A stretch of DNA of 63,283 bases, counting the filler, from Chiloscyllium plagiosum (taxonomy: Eukaryota), in assembly GCF_004010195.1 (NCBI RefSeq). It is 4 parts of one record of this genome, joined end to end, with 100 filler letters (N's around TTAATTAATTAA, not from the genome) between each part and the next. Parts side by side here need not be neighbours in the genome. Positions count along the whole stretch, not along the records: positions 1 to 27,755 come from NC_057715.1; positions 27,856 to 38,906 come from NC_057715.1; positions 39,007 to 44,311 come from NC_057715.1; 1 more part is not named here. The stretch is one strand, 5' to 3'. The notes beneath the pieces are model-generated. The model searched no databases and was not told the origin of the DNA. It saw nothing but the letters and a program-made list of their open reading frames with translations. The position numbers and the translations under genes were made by a program. Below, in pieces: positions 27,037-40,229 of this stretch. Numbering within the stretch: the stretch's first letter is position 1; the number at the start of each line of letters is the position of its first letter.

Positions 27037-27755
27037 AGTTAAAAATCACACAACACCAGGTTATAGTCCAACAGGTTTAATTGGAAGCAAACTAGCTTTC
27101 GGAGCATCGCTCCTTCATCAGGTGATAGTGGGGGACTCAATCCTAAAACACAGAATTTATAGCAAAAATTTACAATGTGATATAACTGAAATTATACAAT
27201 GAAAAATACCTTGATTGTCTGTTGAGACTTTCATCTGTTTGAATACCATGATAGTTTCACTTCTTTCATGTGTTAATCACAAAACTTCTTTTTTAAAAGT
27301 TGCATTCTCAGGTTAGCTGTAACAATGGGTGATAGCTAGACAATATGTTGAAGGTGTTAGCCTCCTGTGTTCTCTGTGTATGTCATGATGTTTAGATTGA
27401 TTCTAATCTAAAAAGTGAGATAACAGAGTTTTACATGAATTCATACAGTTTTTGAGCTCAAAGTTGTACATGAATTCATGCAGTTTTTGAGCAAAGTACA
27501 ATGTAACTCTGCAGGTACAAATTCACCCCACAAAATATATGTGTGCATGTGGGTCTTTGTCTGTGTGTGTGTGTGTGTCTGTCTGTCTGTCTGGGTTGGG
27601 GGTTGTGAGGTGAGAGAGAATGTATGTATGTGTGTGTGTGTGTGTGTGTGGTGAGTGTAGAGTGTCTTAAGTCTGTGAGGGGACACACACTTTCTCACAC
27701 TCACGACCCCCACCCCAGACAGACAGACAGACAGACAGACACACACACACACACA
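27037..27755 (-). mobile_element. Penelope family B 3' segment with hammerhead (27090-27124)
   Basis: Reverse complement reads CAC-CTGATGA-AGGAGC-GAT-GCTCC-GAAA-GCTA-GTT; homologous to 12040-12580. Confidence 0.85.
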
Positions 27756-27855
27756 NNNNNNNNNNNNNNNNNNNNNNNNNNNNNNNNNNNNNNNNNNNNT
27801 TAATTAATTAANNNNNNNNNNNNNNNNNNNNNNNNNNNNNNNNNNNNNNNNNNNN
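27756..27855. other. Scaffold join: N44-TTAATTAATTAA-N44
   Basis: Fixed 100-bp spacer whose linker has stop codons in all six frames; identical format at 38907 and 44312. Confidence 0.97.
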
Positions 27856-28110
27856 GGTTGGAGGCGGTGGATGGGAGGTCCCCTGAGGGGATGAGGTTAT
27901 GGATGGTCTGGGAGATGATGGTTTGGTGGTGGGGGGTGGGGTCATGGTCATGGGGGCAGTAGGAGGAGGTATCTGCGAGCTGGCGTTTGGCCTCAGCGGT
28001 GTAAAGGTCGGTGCGCCAAACTTCTACCGCGCCTCCCTTGTCTGCTGGTTTGATAGTGAGGTTGGGGTTGCAACGGAGGGAGTGGAGGGCTGCGCGTTCT
28101 CTTGACTTCA
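27856..28110 (-). mobile_element. Penelope ORF fragment (pre-RT)
   Basis: NLTIKPADKGGAVEVW is the PLE PADKG motif. Confidence 0.9.
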
Positions 28111-28719
28111 ACTCTACCAAAGGTCTGTTGGAAACCAAATCTGAAAATGAATAGCTCATTTCTCAAGACTATTTAAAGACTATTTATAGTGGACCTCTCC
28201 GCTTCCTCTCAACATCATCAGTTTAAGTTCCTTCTGCTACCTCCCACAAGAAAATCTACTACATAAGCAAATTGACAAAAGAATTCAGCATATTTCAAAG
28301 GCGTAGTTGGAAAGCAGCAGATCTGACCAGTCAAGAGACTCAGTAAGGAAGTTTCCACTGACATGTAGTGGAAAATTCATATTTGGCAGTACAGTTGACA
28401 ATCTGACATCCAATCTTTCGGAGCAGATGGAATTACTGTACAGTTTTATTATTCCAAGCATCCTAGAGTTGTGCAGCCTCTCCATGACAGCATGATGGTT
28501 TTCTGCTGCCCTCTGGTGCTTCATTTCTCTTGATGTTCCACCACATTGTTTAAAAATTACAATTTATACACAGTGACAAAATAGTGTCACATTGGCCACA
28601 GACAACATTGGCCTCAGAAATCTGCACATCTAGGAGAAAAGAATTAGGAACTTTTAACTTTGATACAAGTTCAAAGTTAAAATTCTATAGCATTAAGATG
28701 CAAAAGCCTTCCTTTGACT

Positions 28720-29825
28720 TATGATTCAACCACCCACTTCAAGTTCTCTTGTACCCAAAGATCTTAAATATATTGTTGTTTCCTAAGTCTGTCCTGGAAC
28801 TCCATATCCGATCTCTTATCTCTGTCATGCCAGCAAACTGTGTGTGTGGCTGCATCAAGCTGTGCGTAAACCCTCGGTACACAAACACCAAGTGTGACTA
28901 TGATTCAACCTGCCTCTGGTATTATGAAGGCTGGGCCTGGCCTCAGTGCCATGGAACGCTCCAATTAGTTGGATTATTCCATATTACATGTATCTTCTGA
29001 AAAAAATCTGCAAAGGAAATCACCTTGACCACAAGTCCATCATGCAGCGGCTAGAATATAACATCCTCAAGAACCAGGAAAAGGAGACGGTGGATCCTGT
29101 CAGGTGTCAGGTGAGCAGACTGTCAAAGCCATTTGTCAGAATGCCTCATCAGCAGAACTTTCCAACAATCATCAAGACATAACTTGGCTGGTGATGAGAA
29201 GGCAAAGCCTGTGAAATCCTTCATGTGTGCCTGGACTTTCTGTACCATTGCATGCTGCCTTTGACGTGTCTTGGTTGGGAAGGGGGGGGGGGGGTAGGGG
29301 AGGTGGTAGAGATTGCTACACATCTCCTCCTGGAAATGTGCCTTTGTAAAGAAGATCTGGAGAGAAATACAGTGGTTTTTGTCGAGGTTCATCCCTAGCA
29401 GTTCCATTACGCGGGATGCACACTGAGACAAACATCAACTGCACTTGGAAGACCCTCAACTCAGTGAAAAATGTTCTTTGGTCTGCCCGAAAATTATTGG
29501 TCTTTCAGTGGAAAGGGTTGCCTTGACTGAGTGTGGCAGACTGGCACAATCTAAGGTCCAGACTATGTGCTGATGAACGCATTGATGCCAAGCTGCAATG
29601 GGAAAGAGCACCGTGTAGGGTCCTTCTTTCAAAGGATAATGACAATTTGTTCAGTTCTCAGACTACCCTGTTGCCTCAAAATTAATGTGAATATTTTTTC
29701 TGCATGAGTTAAAAAGATTCCAATGTCGTTCATGTTTTTTTCTGTCTGCAAAGATTGTGTGGATTGAGACCTTTTGTGTGTATTTGTAAATTTATTATGT
29801 ATAAAGTATGTTTTCAGTAATAAGT
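28720..29825 (+). mobile_element. Tx1/L1-clade LINE C-terminal and 3' fragment
   Basis: Homologous to 33205-33650 (DHKSI, ELSN.HQ.I.WLV, HLLLEC zinc-knuckle region). Confidence 0.7.
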
Positions 29826-30229
29826 CTGCACAGTCCCCTCCAAACTGACTTTGAAACTGAATTGATGTTTCTTCACTTTTGCTGGCTCAAACTCCTGGAA
29901 CTAACTTTCTAGCTGCACTTTGGGTGTATCTACACCAGAAGACTGTTGCAGTTCAAGAAGGCATCTCACCACCACTTTCAGAACGGTAATTAGGGATGGG
30001 CAATAAATGCTGACCTTACCAGCGAATGCCAATATTTTGCGAATGAATTTTAAAACATAATCTTGGTTCATCAAGGAAAAGATCTTGATACCTAGGAATA
30101 AAAATGACTGGGATAAGTGGGAGGTTAATTTAAGAAAAGCCAGAATAATTGATGCCCTGAATTTGCCTCATTCACAGTGAAGATACAGCATCCAGGAACA
30201 AGAGCAAAAAAAAAAGACTCTTCTTGCCA

Positions 30230-31320
30230 AATATTTCATCACACCCTTTGACCTTGCCCTCTCTGACACTGAACGAATGATAAAGAATTGAGCTTTATCC
30301 CTTTAAGTATCCACCTCAATGATCTTCAGGCATGACGTAATGCTGAATTCTTCTTCTGTCATTTTTGTCTCCTTCTTTGAGCAGAAACCTCTCCCTGTCA
30401 CACAGACCCTTTCACTCATCTCCCATACTTCCCCTCCACCTGGATTCCTCTCTTTTGCTAGTACTTGATCTCTTCATTGAAAAATGTGAACACGACACTG
30501 GCTGGCTTCATTTCTCTGTGCCCCACACTCACTCTAACCTGTCCCTCTCTGAACTTGCTGCACTTCATTCCCTCCGGTCCAATTCTGATCTTGCCAATTA
30601 GAATGGTGCGGTTGTCATTTGGCATGCTGACATCTACCTGGCAGAGGCTTAGCACCAACTCTCAGACACTTCCTCCCAACTCCCCCAGATCATGACCCTG
30701 CCACTGAACATCTGGCTTTAGTTTCCAGGATTGTCATAGATCTCATCTCTTCTGGAGAGCTCCCATTCACAGATTCCCACCTCATAGTCACCCAAACCCA
30801 CACAACCTGCTTCTACCTCCTCCCCACAATCCACAAACAGGACTGCCTTGAATACCCATCATTTCAGTCTGTTTCTGCCTTACTTTGATTCTATTTTTTC
30901 CCCATTTGTTCAGTCTCTTCCCACTTTATGATTCTTCTGACGCTTTACCTCAATTCCTAACTTTCAGATTACTGAGTCCAGCCATCTCCTCTTCACCATA
31001 GATGCGCAAACCCTCTACACATCTACTTGTCATCAGGATCATCTGAAGAATCTCTGTTTCTTCCTTGAAAGCAGGCCTGCACATTCTCCCCCCACCAAAA
31101 TCATTCTTCACCTAAGTGGTTCTCATTTTCTCTAAATCAAAGGTGTAGTTATGGGTATCTATAACATTGGTCCAAGTTATGCCTATCCCTTTCTGAAGCA
31201 TGTAGAACATTTTTGTTCTAGTCCGACCTGGAACCATATCCACAACTCTTAAGTCTGATACACTGATGCTGTCTTCAATGCTGCTTCCTACTCTTGTCCA
31301 GAATTGGAAAAATCAATTAG
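30230..31320 (+). mobile_element. Old Penelope RT region, degraded
   Basis: SNLSLSELAALHSLRSN, FYLLP.IHK and G..MG...GPSYA-like remnants. Confidence 0.75.
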
Positions 31321-31339
31321 TTTTTCCTCCAATTTCAAA

Positions 31340-32120
31340 GTATTCTTCTTTTTCCCCTACAACCCACCCTCCCATCCTGGCATCTTCCCCTGCCACCGCA
31401 GGAATTGCAAAACCTGCGCCCACACTTCCTCCCTCACCTCCATCCAAGGCCCTAAAGGAGCCTTCCACATCCATCAAAGTTTTACCTGCACATCCACAAA
31501 TATCATTTATTGTATCCGTTGCTCCCGATGTGGTCTCCTCTACATTGGGGAGACTGGACGCCTCCTAGAAGAGCGCTTTAGGGAATATCTCCGGGACACC
31601 CGCACCAATCAACCACACCGCTCTGTGGCCCAACATTTCAACTCCCGCTCCCACTATGCCGAGGACATGGAGGTCCTGGGCCTCCTTCACCGCCACTCCC
31701 TCACCACCAGACACCTGCCTCGGAACACTTTAACCCCAGGGCATCAATGTGGACTTCAACAGTTTCCTCATTTCCCCTTCCCCCACCTCACCCTCGTTCC
31801 AAAATTCCAGCTCAGCACTGTCCCCATGACTTGTCCTATCTGCCTATCTTCTTTTCCACCTATCCACTCCACCCTCCTCCTTGACCTATCACCTTCATCC
31901 CCTCCCCCACTCACCTATTGTACTCTATGCTACTTTCTCCCCACCCCCACCCTCCTCTAGCTTATCTCTCGACCCTTCAGGCTCTCTGCCTTTAGTCCTG
32001 ATGAAGGGCTTTTGCCAGAAACATCGATTTTACTGCTCCTCGGATGCTATCTGAACTGCTGCGCTCTTCCAGCACCACTAATCCAGAATCTGGTTTCCAG
32101 CATCTGCAGTCATTATTTTT
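31340..32120 (+). mobile_element. Penelope family A GIY-YIG endonuclease and 3' region with hammerhead at 31994-32029
   Basis: CHRRNCKTC...NIIYCIRCSRCGLLYIGETGR; AGTC-CTGATGA-AGGGC-TTTT-GCCA-GAAA-CATC-GATT. Confidence 0.93.
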
Positions 32121-32239
32121 ACCTAATATCCATTACAAGCCTATCGACTCCCACATTTGCCTCAACTATACCTCCTCACCTCCATTCTCCCAGTTTGTCC
32201 ATCTCCATTGCCTCTAAATGACCTTTTTTGCCCATCTAA

Positions 32240-32980
32240 TGAGCTTTGAGAAGATTTGTGGCTCAGGTTGAGTTCTGGATGTAGGTTTGCTCTCTGAGCT
32301 GGAAAGTTCATGTTCAGACATTTAATCACCATACTAGGTAACATCTTCAGTGAGCCTCCAGACGAAGCATTGCTGATGATTCCTGCTTTCTATTTATATG
32401 TTTGCGTTTCTTTGGGTTAATTATGTCATTTCCTGTGGTGATGTCATTTCCTCAGGAGGTGGTAAATCGGGTCCAAGTCAATGTATTTGTTGATAGAGTT
32501 CTACTTGGAATGTTTCTAGGAATTCTCATGAATGTCTCTAGGAATTCTCATGAATGTCTTTGTTTGGTTTGTCCTAGGATAGATGTATTGTCCCAGTCGA
32601 AGTGGTGTCCTTCCTCATCTGTATGTAAGGATATTAGTGAAAGAGGGTCATGTCGTTTTGTGGCTAGTTAATGTTCATGTATCTTGGTGGCTATTTTTCT
32701 GCATGTTTGTCCAATGTAGTGTTTGTTACAATCCTTGCACGGTACTTTGTAAATGACATTAGTTTTGGGTGTTGTCTGTATAGGGTCTTTCAAGTTCATT
32801 AGCTGCTATTTTACTGTGTTGGTGGGTTTGTGGGCTACCATGATGCCAAGGGGTCTGAGTAGTCTGGCAGTCATTTCTGAGATGTCTTTCATGTAGGGGA
32901 GAGTGGCTAGGGTTTCTGGACGTATTTTGTCTGCTTGTTTGGGTTTGTTGCTGAGATATCTGCGGACTGTGTTCATTTAA
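32240..32980 (-). mobile_element. Second Penelope lineage, GIY-YIG and 3' end
   Basis: Minus strand reads KTNVIYKVPCKDCNKHYIGQT...IHEH; degenerate hammerhead CTGAAGATGTTACC..GGTGA at about 32315-32352. Confidence 0.85.
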
Positions 32981-33204
32981 GGATCTAAGGATTTCTCCCA
33001 TTGTGGCTGACAGGGCCTTCAGTCAAATCCAACTCATCTTCTGCTCTTCTGCCCTCTTCCCTTCCCCTCTTTCCCAGAACAAAGATAGCATTCCCCTTGT
33101 CGTTACTTTCTACCCCACTAGTCATCCTCCATCATTTCCGCCAAATCCAGCAGTATACTACTACCAAACACATTTTATCTCCTCTTCCCTCCCCCCGCAT
33201 CTCT

Positions 33205-33650
33205 TTGCATAGGGCACATGCAGGAGGTGTGTGACAGTCTCACCTCCTCCACAGCCGCTTCTTGGGCAGCATGCGATGGTCAGAGTCCGGGCTTGCATAA
33301 AGGATCTCACCAGCAGAGCCCTTCTCACCACCAGCCAAGCGATTTCCTGGTGCTTGTTTGAAAGTTCTGGTGATGAGGCATTCTGCCAAATGACTTTGAC
33401 AGTCTGCACAGGGACAGTATCTGCCCTCTCAATTTCCCGAAGGGTCTCAAGGACACTTTGTGCTGACCACTTCTTGATGGACTTGTGGTCAAAGGTGTTT
33501 CTCTTCATAAATTTCTCCTCGAAGGGCAGGTGATACGGAACAGTCCAACTACTTGCAGCGTTCTGTGGCAATGAAGCTAGGCCCATCCTTCGCATCACCA
33601 GGGACAGGTAGACCCTCAGTATGTAGTGATACTGACCGTTTTGCAGAACA
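33205..33650 (-). mobile_element. Tx1/L1-clade LINE C-terminal fragment
   Basis: ELSNKHQEIAWLVVRRAL...CPRSGCGGGETVTHLL (RT zinc-binding C-terminus). Confidence 0.85.
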
Positions 33651-34152
33651 GCTCCACTCTGTCCATTGGAATGACCCCAACATTCCATTTACTTCCCTTT
33701 TCAATAAACCCCTTACTCTCATGCTAACATTTCTGTCCTGAACCTGCCGCAATATTCCAGCGAGGAGCAACACCCCATTTTCCACTAAGGCACTTTACAG
33801 CCTTGAGGTCACAATATGGAATTCAATAACTTTCAGAAGCTGATTACATTATGTCTGTCCTCTAATGCTCTTACATTCTCTCCTGTCTCCACCCCACAGT
33901 TTTCTATTGGTTATTTTGCACTTAGTAGAGAGGAAACATTCTGTCCCTTAAACGCCTTTATTTGCACACATTTTACATCTTTCTTTTCTTCTCTAACATT
34001 AACAACCCCTTTATCTTTTATACCTGCCCTCTTCCTCTGTCAAAAGGACTTAAAAATATATTTCTGAAGAAATAGAAAATGGGAAGCCTTCAGAAATGCG
34101 ATAACAAGAGTCCAGAGACAATATATTCCTGTTAGGATGAAAGGAAAGGCTT

Positions 34153-34590
34153 ATAGAACATAGAACAATACAGCACAGAACAGGCCCTTCGGCCCACGAT
34201 GTTGTGCCGAACATTTGTCCTAGCTTAAGCACGCATCCATGTACCTATCCAATTGCCGCTTAAAGGTCGCCAATGATTCTGACTCTGCCACTCCCACAGG
34301 CAGCGCATTCCATGCCCCCACCACTCTCTGGGTAAAGAACCTACCCCTGACATCTCCCCTATACCTTCCACCCTTCACCTTAAATTTATGTCCCCTTGTA
34401 ACACTCTGTTGTACCCGGGGAAAAAGTTTCTGACTGTCTACTCTACCTATTCCTCTGATCATCTTATAAAGCTCTATCAAGTCACCCCTCATCCTTCGCC
34501 GTTCCAACGAGAAAAGGCCGAGAACTCTCAACCTATCCTCGTACGACTTCCTCTCCATTCCAGGCAACATCCTGGTAAATCTTCTCTGCA
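34153..34590 (-). mobile_element. CR1 LINE 3' end (TTCTATG-tail family)
   Basis: QRRFTRMLPGME...FFTQRVVGAWNALP. Confidence 0.92.
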
Positions 34591-35115
34591 AAGCAGAGAA
34601 ATGACATCCAGTGAGAGTGAGTAGACTGTTGTTGGGATGAGGTGAAGGAGCCTCTTGGCAAAACCACATCGTCTCCAACCTCATCCGTGTTGGCAGATGT
34701 CGTTGGTGATGGTGGGGAGGGCTAATGGAGGGGGGGGTGAAGAGGAGGAACTCAAGCGGCTGCTGCCTGCACCTGTCTTCAAAGGGACCACTTTCAAGAA
34801 GAGGTGGTGAGCTTTGCACCCAAGAGAGCATCACGAGGAGAGATCAGGGGCTTGTCCACACTTCCACCCACTTCCCCCTTGGCTCAAAGCTGAAGGCACT
34901 TGCTGAGATGCAAGTCCCTCAGTGCTGCCAGACTTCAAAATTCCTTTGGAGCTGCTTCTTGGGAGCTTTTTCTGACAGTCAAGTTCCCACCTCAAATCAT
35001 GCTCTCGTCTGTGCTCAGCAGAAACCAGTTTCCAAGACGGGACCAGTTATCCGCATCAAGTGCAAACACTTACCTGTTCTACCTCAGGAAGGTTGACTTC
35101 AACTGTGCCACGTAG

Positions 35116-35330
35116 TGTTGTGCTGGAAAAGCACAGCCAGTCAGGCAGCAGCCGAGGAGCAGGAGAGTCGATGTTTTGAGCATAAGCTCTTCACCGTGAA
35201 TGTGATGAAAGGCTTATGCTTGAAACGTCGACTCTCCTGCTCCTCGGATGCTGCCTGACCACAGTACCACACCTTTCCAGCACCACACTTTTTGACTCTG
35301 ATCTCCAGCATCTGCAGTCCTCAATTTTTC
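35116..35330. mobile_element. Short fold-back Penelope-derived fragment
   Basis: Inverted family A arms; degenerate hammerhead GTGATGAAAGGCTTATGCTTGAAACGTCGAC. Confidence 0.8.
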
Positions 35331-35409
35331 CTTCAACTTGTGCCACCCCTACAACTGCCCAGCTAAGATCAACATAGATGTTGTCTGGAATCTCAGTTCT
35401 GTATGATTT

Positions 35410-35675
35410 CAAGTCCAGTTGCATGTCTATCCAGATACTCATAAATCCTATCCCTCAGTACCCTTTCCATTACTTTGCCTACCACCGAAGTAAGACTAAC
35501 TGGCCTGTAATTCCCGGAGTTATCCCTATTCCCTTTTTTGATCAGGGGCACAACATTCGCCACTCTCCAGTCCCCTGGTACCACCCCCGTTGACAGTGAA
35601 GACGAAAAGATCATTGCCAACGTTTCTGCAATTTCCTTTCTTGCTTCCCACATAATCCTAGGATATATCCCGTCA
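35410..35675 (-). mobile_element. CR1 RT N-terminal fragment
   Basis: DWRVANVVPLIKKG...NYRPVSLTSVVGK. Confidence 0.9.
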
Positions 35676-36587
35676 GTTTGGAGATGATACCAAAATTAGA
35701 GGCGTAGTGGTCTGTGAAGAAGGTTATCTCAGAATACAAAGGGCTCTTGATCAGATGGGCCAATGGAGTGGCAAATGGAGTTTATATTAGATAAATGCGA
35801 GGTGCTGCATTTTGGGAAAGCAAGTCTTAGCAGGATTTATACACTTAATGGTAAAGTCGTAGGGAGTGTTGCTGAACAAAGAGACCTTGGAGTGCGGATT
35901 CATAGCTCCTTGAAAGTGGAGTTGCAGGTATATAGAATAGTGAAGGCGGCGTTTGGTATGCTTTCCTTCACTGGTCAGAGTATTGAGTACAGGAGTTCGG
36001 AAGTCATGTTGTGGCTGTACAGGACATTGATTAGGCCACTTTTGGAATATTGTGTGCAATTCTGGTCTCTTTCCTATTGGAAGGATGTTGTGAAACCTGA
36101 AAGGGTTCAGAAAAGATTTACAAGGATGTTGCCAGGGTTGGAGGATTTGAGCTATAGGGAGAGGTTGAACAGGTTGGGGCTATTTTCCCTGGAGCGTAGG
36201 AGGCTGAGGGGTGACCTTATACAGGTTTATAAAATCTTGAGGGGCATGGATAGGGTAAATAGACAAGGTTTTTTTCCTGGAGTGGGGGAGCCCAGAACTA
36301 GAGGGCATACGTTTAGGGTGAAAGGGGAAAGTTATAAAAGAGACCTAAGGGGCAACGTTTTCATGCAGAGAGTGGTGCATGTGTGGAATGAGCTGCCAGA
36401 GGAAATGGTGGAGGCTAGTACAATTGCAACATTTAAAAGGTATCTAGATGGGTATACGAATAGGGAGGGTTGGAGGAACATGGGCCAAGTGCTGGCAAGT
36501 GGGACTAGATTGGGTTGGGATGTCTGGTTGGCATGGATGAGTTGAACTGAAGAGTCTGTTTCCGTGCTGTACATCTCTATGACTCTA
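35676..36587 (+). mobile_element. CR1 LINE 3' part
   Basis: ORF 35763-36545 (LEYCVQFWS, RRRLRGDLI) and CR1 tail. Confidence 0.93.
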
Positions 36588-36894
36588 AGTCTTACCAGAC
36601 TCAAAATGTTAACTCTCTTTCTCCCTCCAGAGATTTTGGCAGATCTACTGAGTCTCGCCAGCATTTTATGTTTGTTTCAGATTGGCAGCATCTGCATATT
36701 GTGCTTTCATTCAAGACAAGGGAGAGACCTGAACAAAGCTGTGGGAGAAACCATCCTTTACACTCTGTTGTCTAGATCTTCACATGGAAACATATTCCAC
36801 ATTAAACTGTAAATCATTATGCAAATACATCGTCATCAAAAAGCTTAATAAAATCACCCTGACTTTGTCTCAAAAAAGTCAATGCATAACAGAT

Positions 36895-37105
36895 ATAGAA
36901 ACTGCTGACGAAACTCAGCAGGCCTGGCAGCATCTGTGGGAAGAAAGAAGAGTTAACATCCTGAATCCAGCGAGTTATCAGAAATCTTCACTAGACTCAA
37001 AATGTTAACTCTGCTTTCTTCCCACAGATGCTGCCAGGCCTGCTGAGTTTCGTCAGCAGTTTCTGTTTTTGTTTCAGATCTCCAGCATCCACAGTTGTTT
37101 TATTT
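36895..37105. mobile_element. Fold-back Penelope family C fragment
   Basis: AGAAACTGCTGACGAAACTCAGCAGGCCTGGCAGCATCTGTGGGAAGAAAG (from about 36897) and its reverse complement (ending about 37064). Confidence 0.8.
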
Positions 37106-37199
37106 TGATGCACAACAAAACATTGCTGTCAGGTTTGCTCCTGCCCTAAAAGGGTAACTCACCAAACCTTGGACTCCTCCCAATCAAACTCATTCTTCA

Positions 37200-38605
37200 C
37201 TCGGGAGAGAATAGGGCCCCTTAAAGATCAGCAAGGCCACCTGTGTGTGGAACCAGAGGAGGTAGGGGAGATACGAAACAAGTATTTTATATTAGCTTTT
37301 ACTGTGGAGGATATGGAAAATAGCAAACTTGGGGAAATAAATAGTGATATCTTGAAAATTGTCCATATTACAGAGGAGGTGCTGAATGTCTTAAAAAGCA
37401 TAAAGGTGTATAAATCTTTAGGAACTGATCAGGTGTAGTTAAGAACTTTGTGGGAAGCTACAGAAGTGATTGCTGGGCCCCTTGCTAAGATATTTGTATC
37501 ATCGATAGCCACCGGTCAGATCTGCTGAGTCTGAGATCTGCCAGAAGACTGGAGGTTGGCTAACGTGATGCCACTATTTAAGAAAGGTGGTAAGGAAAAG
37601 CCATGGAACTATAGACTGATGAGCCTGACATCAGTGGCGAGCAAGTTGTTGGAGGGGATCCTGAGGGACAGGATTTACATATATTTGTGCACTGATTATC
37701 AACATGGCTTTGTGCATAGGAAATAGTGTTTCACCAAATTGATTGAGTCTTTTGAAGAAGTAACAAAGGAGATTGATGAGAGCAGAGTGATGGATGAGGT
37801 TCTGCATGGTAAACTGGCTAATAAGGTTAAATCACATAGAATATAGGGAGAACTAGCCATTTGGGTACAGAACTGGCTCAAAGGTAGGAGACAGAGGGTG
37901 GTGGTAGAGGGTTGCTTTTCAACGGGAGGCCTGTGATCAGTGGTGTTCCACAAGGATTGGTACTGGGTCCACTGCTTGTTGTCATTTATATGATGATTTG
38001 GATGTGAACATAGGAGGCACAGTTAGTAAATTTGCAGATGACACCAAAATTGGTGGTGTAGTGGACAGCGAAGATTACCTCAGAATACAATAGAACCTTG
38101 ATCAGATGGGATGATGGGCCGAGGAATGGCAGATGGAGTTTAATTTATGTAAATGTGAGGTGCTGTAATTTGGAAAGACAAATCAGGACAGGACGTCTAT
38201 ACTTAATGGTACAGCCCTGGGAGGTATTGCTGATCAAAGAGACCTTGGAGTGCAGTGTCAACTTCCTTGAAAGTGGAGTCACAGGCAGTGAAGTAGGCAT
38301 TTGGTATGCTTGCCTTTATTGGTCAGCACATTGAGTATAGGAGTTGGGAGATCATGTTGCGATTGTACAGGACATTGGTTAGGCCACTTTAAATTCTGTT
38401 AGGAGAAAGTGAGAACTGCAGATGTTGGAGATCAGAGCTGAAAAATGTGTTGCTGAAAAAGCACAGCAGGTCAGGCAAAATCCAAGGAGCAGGAGAATCT
38501 ACGTTTCTGGCATATGCTGCCTGACCTGCTGTGCTTTTCCAGCAACACATTTTTCAGCACTTTAAATTCTGGTCTCCCTGCTATAGGAAGGATGTTATGG
38601 AACTT
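37200..38605 (+). mobile_element. CR1 ORF2 fragment, decayed
   Basis: RERIGPLKDQQG, FADDTKIGG and related motifs. Confidence 0.9.
38399..38557. mobile_element. Short fold-back Penelope-derived insertion with 14-bp TSD
   Basis: CACTTTAAATTCTG at 38385-38398 and 38558-38571; hammerhead core deleted. Confidence 0.85.
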
Positions 38606-40225
38606 AGAGTCATAGAGACATAGAGATGTACAGCATGGAAACAGACCCTTCGGTCCAACCCGTCTATGTCGACCAGATATCCCAACCCAATCTAGTCCCA
38701 CCTGCCAGAACCCAGCCCATATCTCTCCAAACCCTTCCTATTCACATACCCATCCAAATGTCTCTTAAATGTTGCAATTGTACCAGCCTCCACCACATCC
38801 TTTGACAGCTCATTCCATACACGTACCACCCTCTGCATGAAAAGGTTGCCCCTGAGGTCTCTTTTATATCTTTCCCCTCTCACCCTAAACCTATGCCCTC
38901 TAGTTCNNNNNNNNNNNNNNNNNNNNNNNNNNNNNNNNNNNNNNNNNNNNTTAATTAATTAANNNNNNNNNNNNNNNNNNNNNNNNNNNNNNNNNNNNNN
39001 NNNNNNTCCTTCTTGTACAGGTCACTTCTACCCCAAAAGAGATTCCAATGATCCAAAAATGTGAATCCTTCTCCCATAAACCAGCTCCTCAGCATGCATT
39101 CATCTGCCCTATCCTCCTATTCCTGCCCTCACTAGCCCATTGCACCGAGAATACTACCCTTGAGGACCTTTTTAAATTTCTGCCTAACTCTTTGTAATCT
39201 CACTTCAGAATCTCAACCTTTTCCCTTCCAATCTCGTTGGTTCCAATGTGGACAATGACCTCCTGCTGGCCGCTCTCCCCCGTGAGAACATTCTGCACCC
39301 TCTCTTGAGACATCCTTGATCCTGGCACCAGGGAAACAACACACCATTCTGCTTTTTCTCTGCTGGCCACAGAAACATCTGTCTGTACCTCTGACTATAG
39401 AATCCCCTAACACAATTGATCTCTTGGAAGCCGACATACCCCTCGTTGCATTAGAACCATTCTCAATACCAGAAACTTGGCTGTTTGTGCTACGTTCCCC
39501 TGAGAATCCATCACCCCCTAAATTTTTCAAAACAGCATACCTGTTTGAAATGGTTTTATCCACAAAAGACTCCTGCTCTAGTTGCCTACCTCACTTACCC
39601 TTCCTGGAGTTAACCCATCTATGTGACTGTATCTGAGACTTTCCCCCCTTTCTATAACTGTCATCCATCTCATACTGTTGCTGTTGCAAATTCCTCATCG
39701 CTTCTAACTGTCTCTCCAACTGATCCACTTGATCTGATAAGATTCGCATCCAACAGCATTTATGGCAGATACAATCCGCAGTAACCCTTAAACTCTCTTT
39801 CAACTCCCACATCTGACAAGAAGTACATATCACTGTAAAAGTCATTTTTGCTCCTTCACAATCTACAGACTCGGAAAATAACACTGTCTTATTCCTCTAT
39901 AAACACTGCCACAGGTTAAATTAATAGCTATGGCTTATATTTTAAGTTTCATCAAGAGACTTATTTCCAAAACATATAATCAAGAAAAAAATCCACTGTA
40001 CCCACTACTGCAGCCTTTCTCTTGGACATACTTAAAACAACAATTAACTTATCTGATTCTGTGCTGTGAACTTTACCCAACAGTTCCTCCAAGATTAGTT
40101 GTGAATTTCACTGTTTGTTAATTTTCCCAGATGCACTCCGATGTCCAGCAATACACAAATTCAAACAGCTAAGGCAGTAACTGCGCAGGTTTTCTCTCTC
40201 TCTCTCCTGCACTGTCCTCACCATG
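38606..40225 (-). mobile_element. CR1 LINE: 3' end (38606-38906) and 5' UTR/ORF1 (39007-40225) on either side of a gap
   Basis: CR1 tail; ORF1 CTSCQMWE...CHKC zinc finger and IVLGDSIVRG...CFPGA esterase motifs. Confidence 0.88.
38907..39006. other. Scaffold join: N44-TTAATTAATTAA-N44
   Basis: Synthetic 100-bp spacer. Confidence 0.97.
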
Positions 40226-40229
40226 TTGA

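Noticed and set aside
27800..27811. Palindromic TTAATTAATTAA motif repeated three times (also 38951 and 44356)
   Set aside because: Always centred in N44 flanks; it is a synthetic all-frame-stop scaffold linker.
35410..36587. Twin-priming 5' inversion of a single CR1
   Set aside because: The minus and plus pieces appear to belong to different CR1 subfamilies, and I found no flanking TSD.
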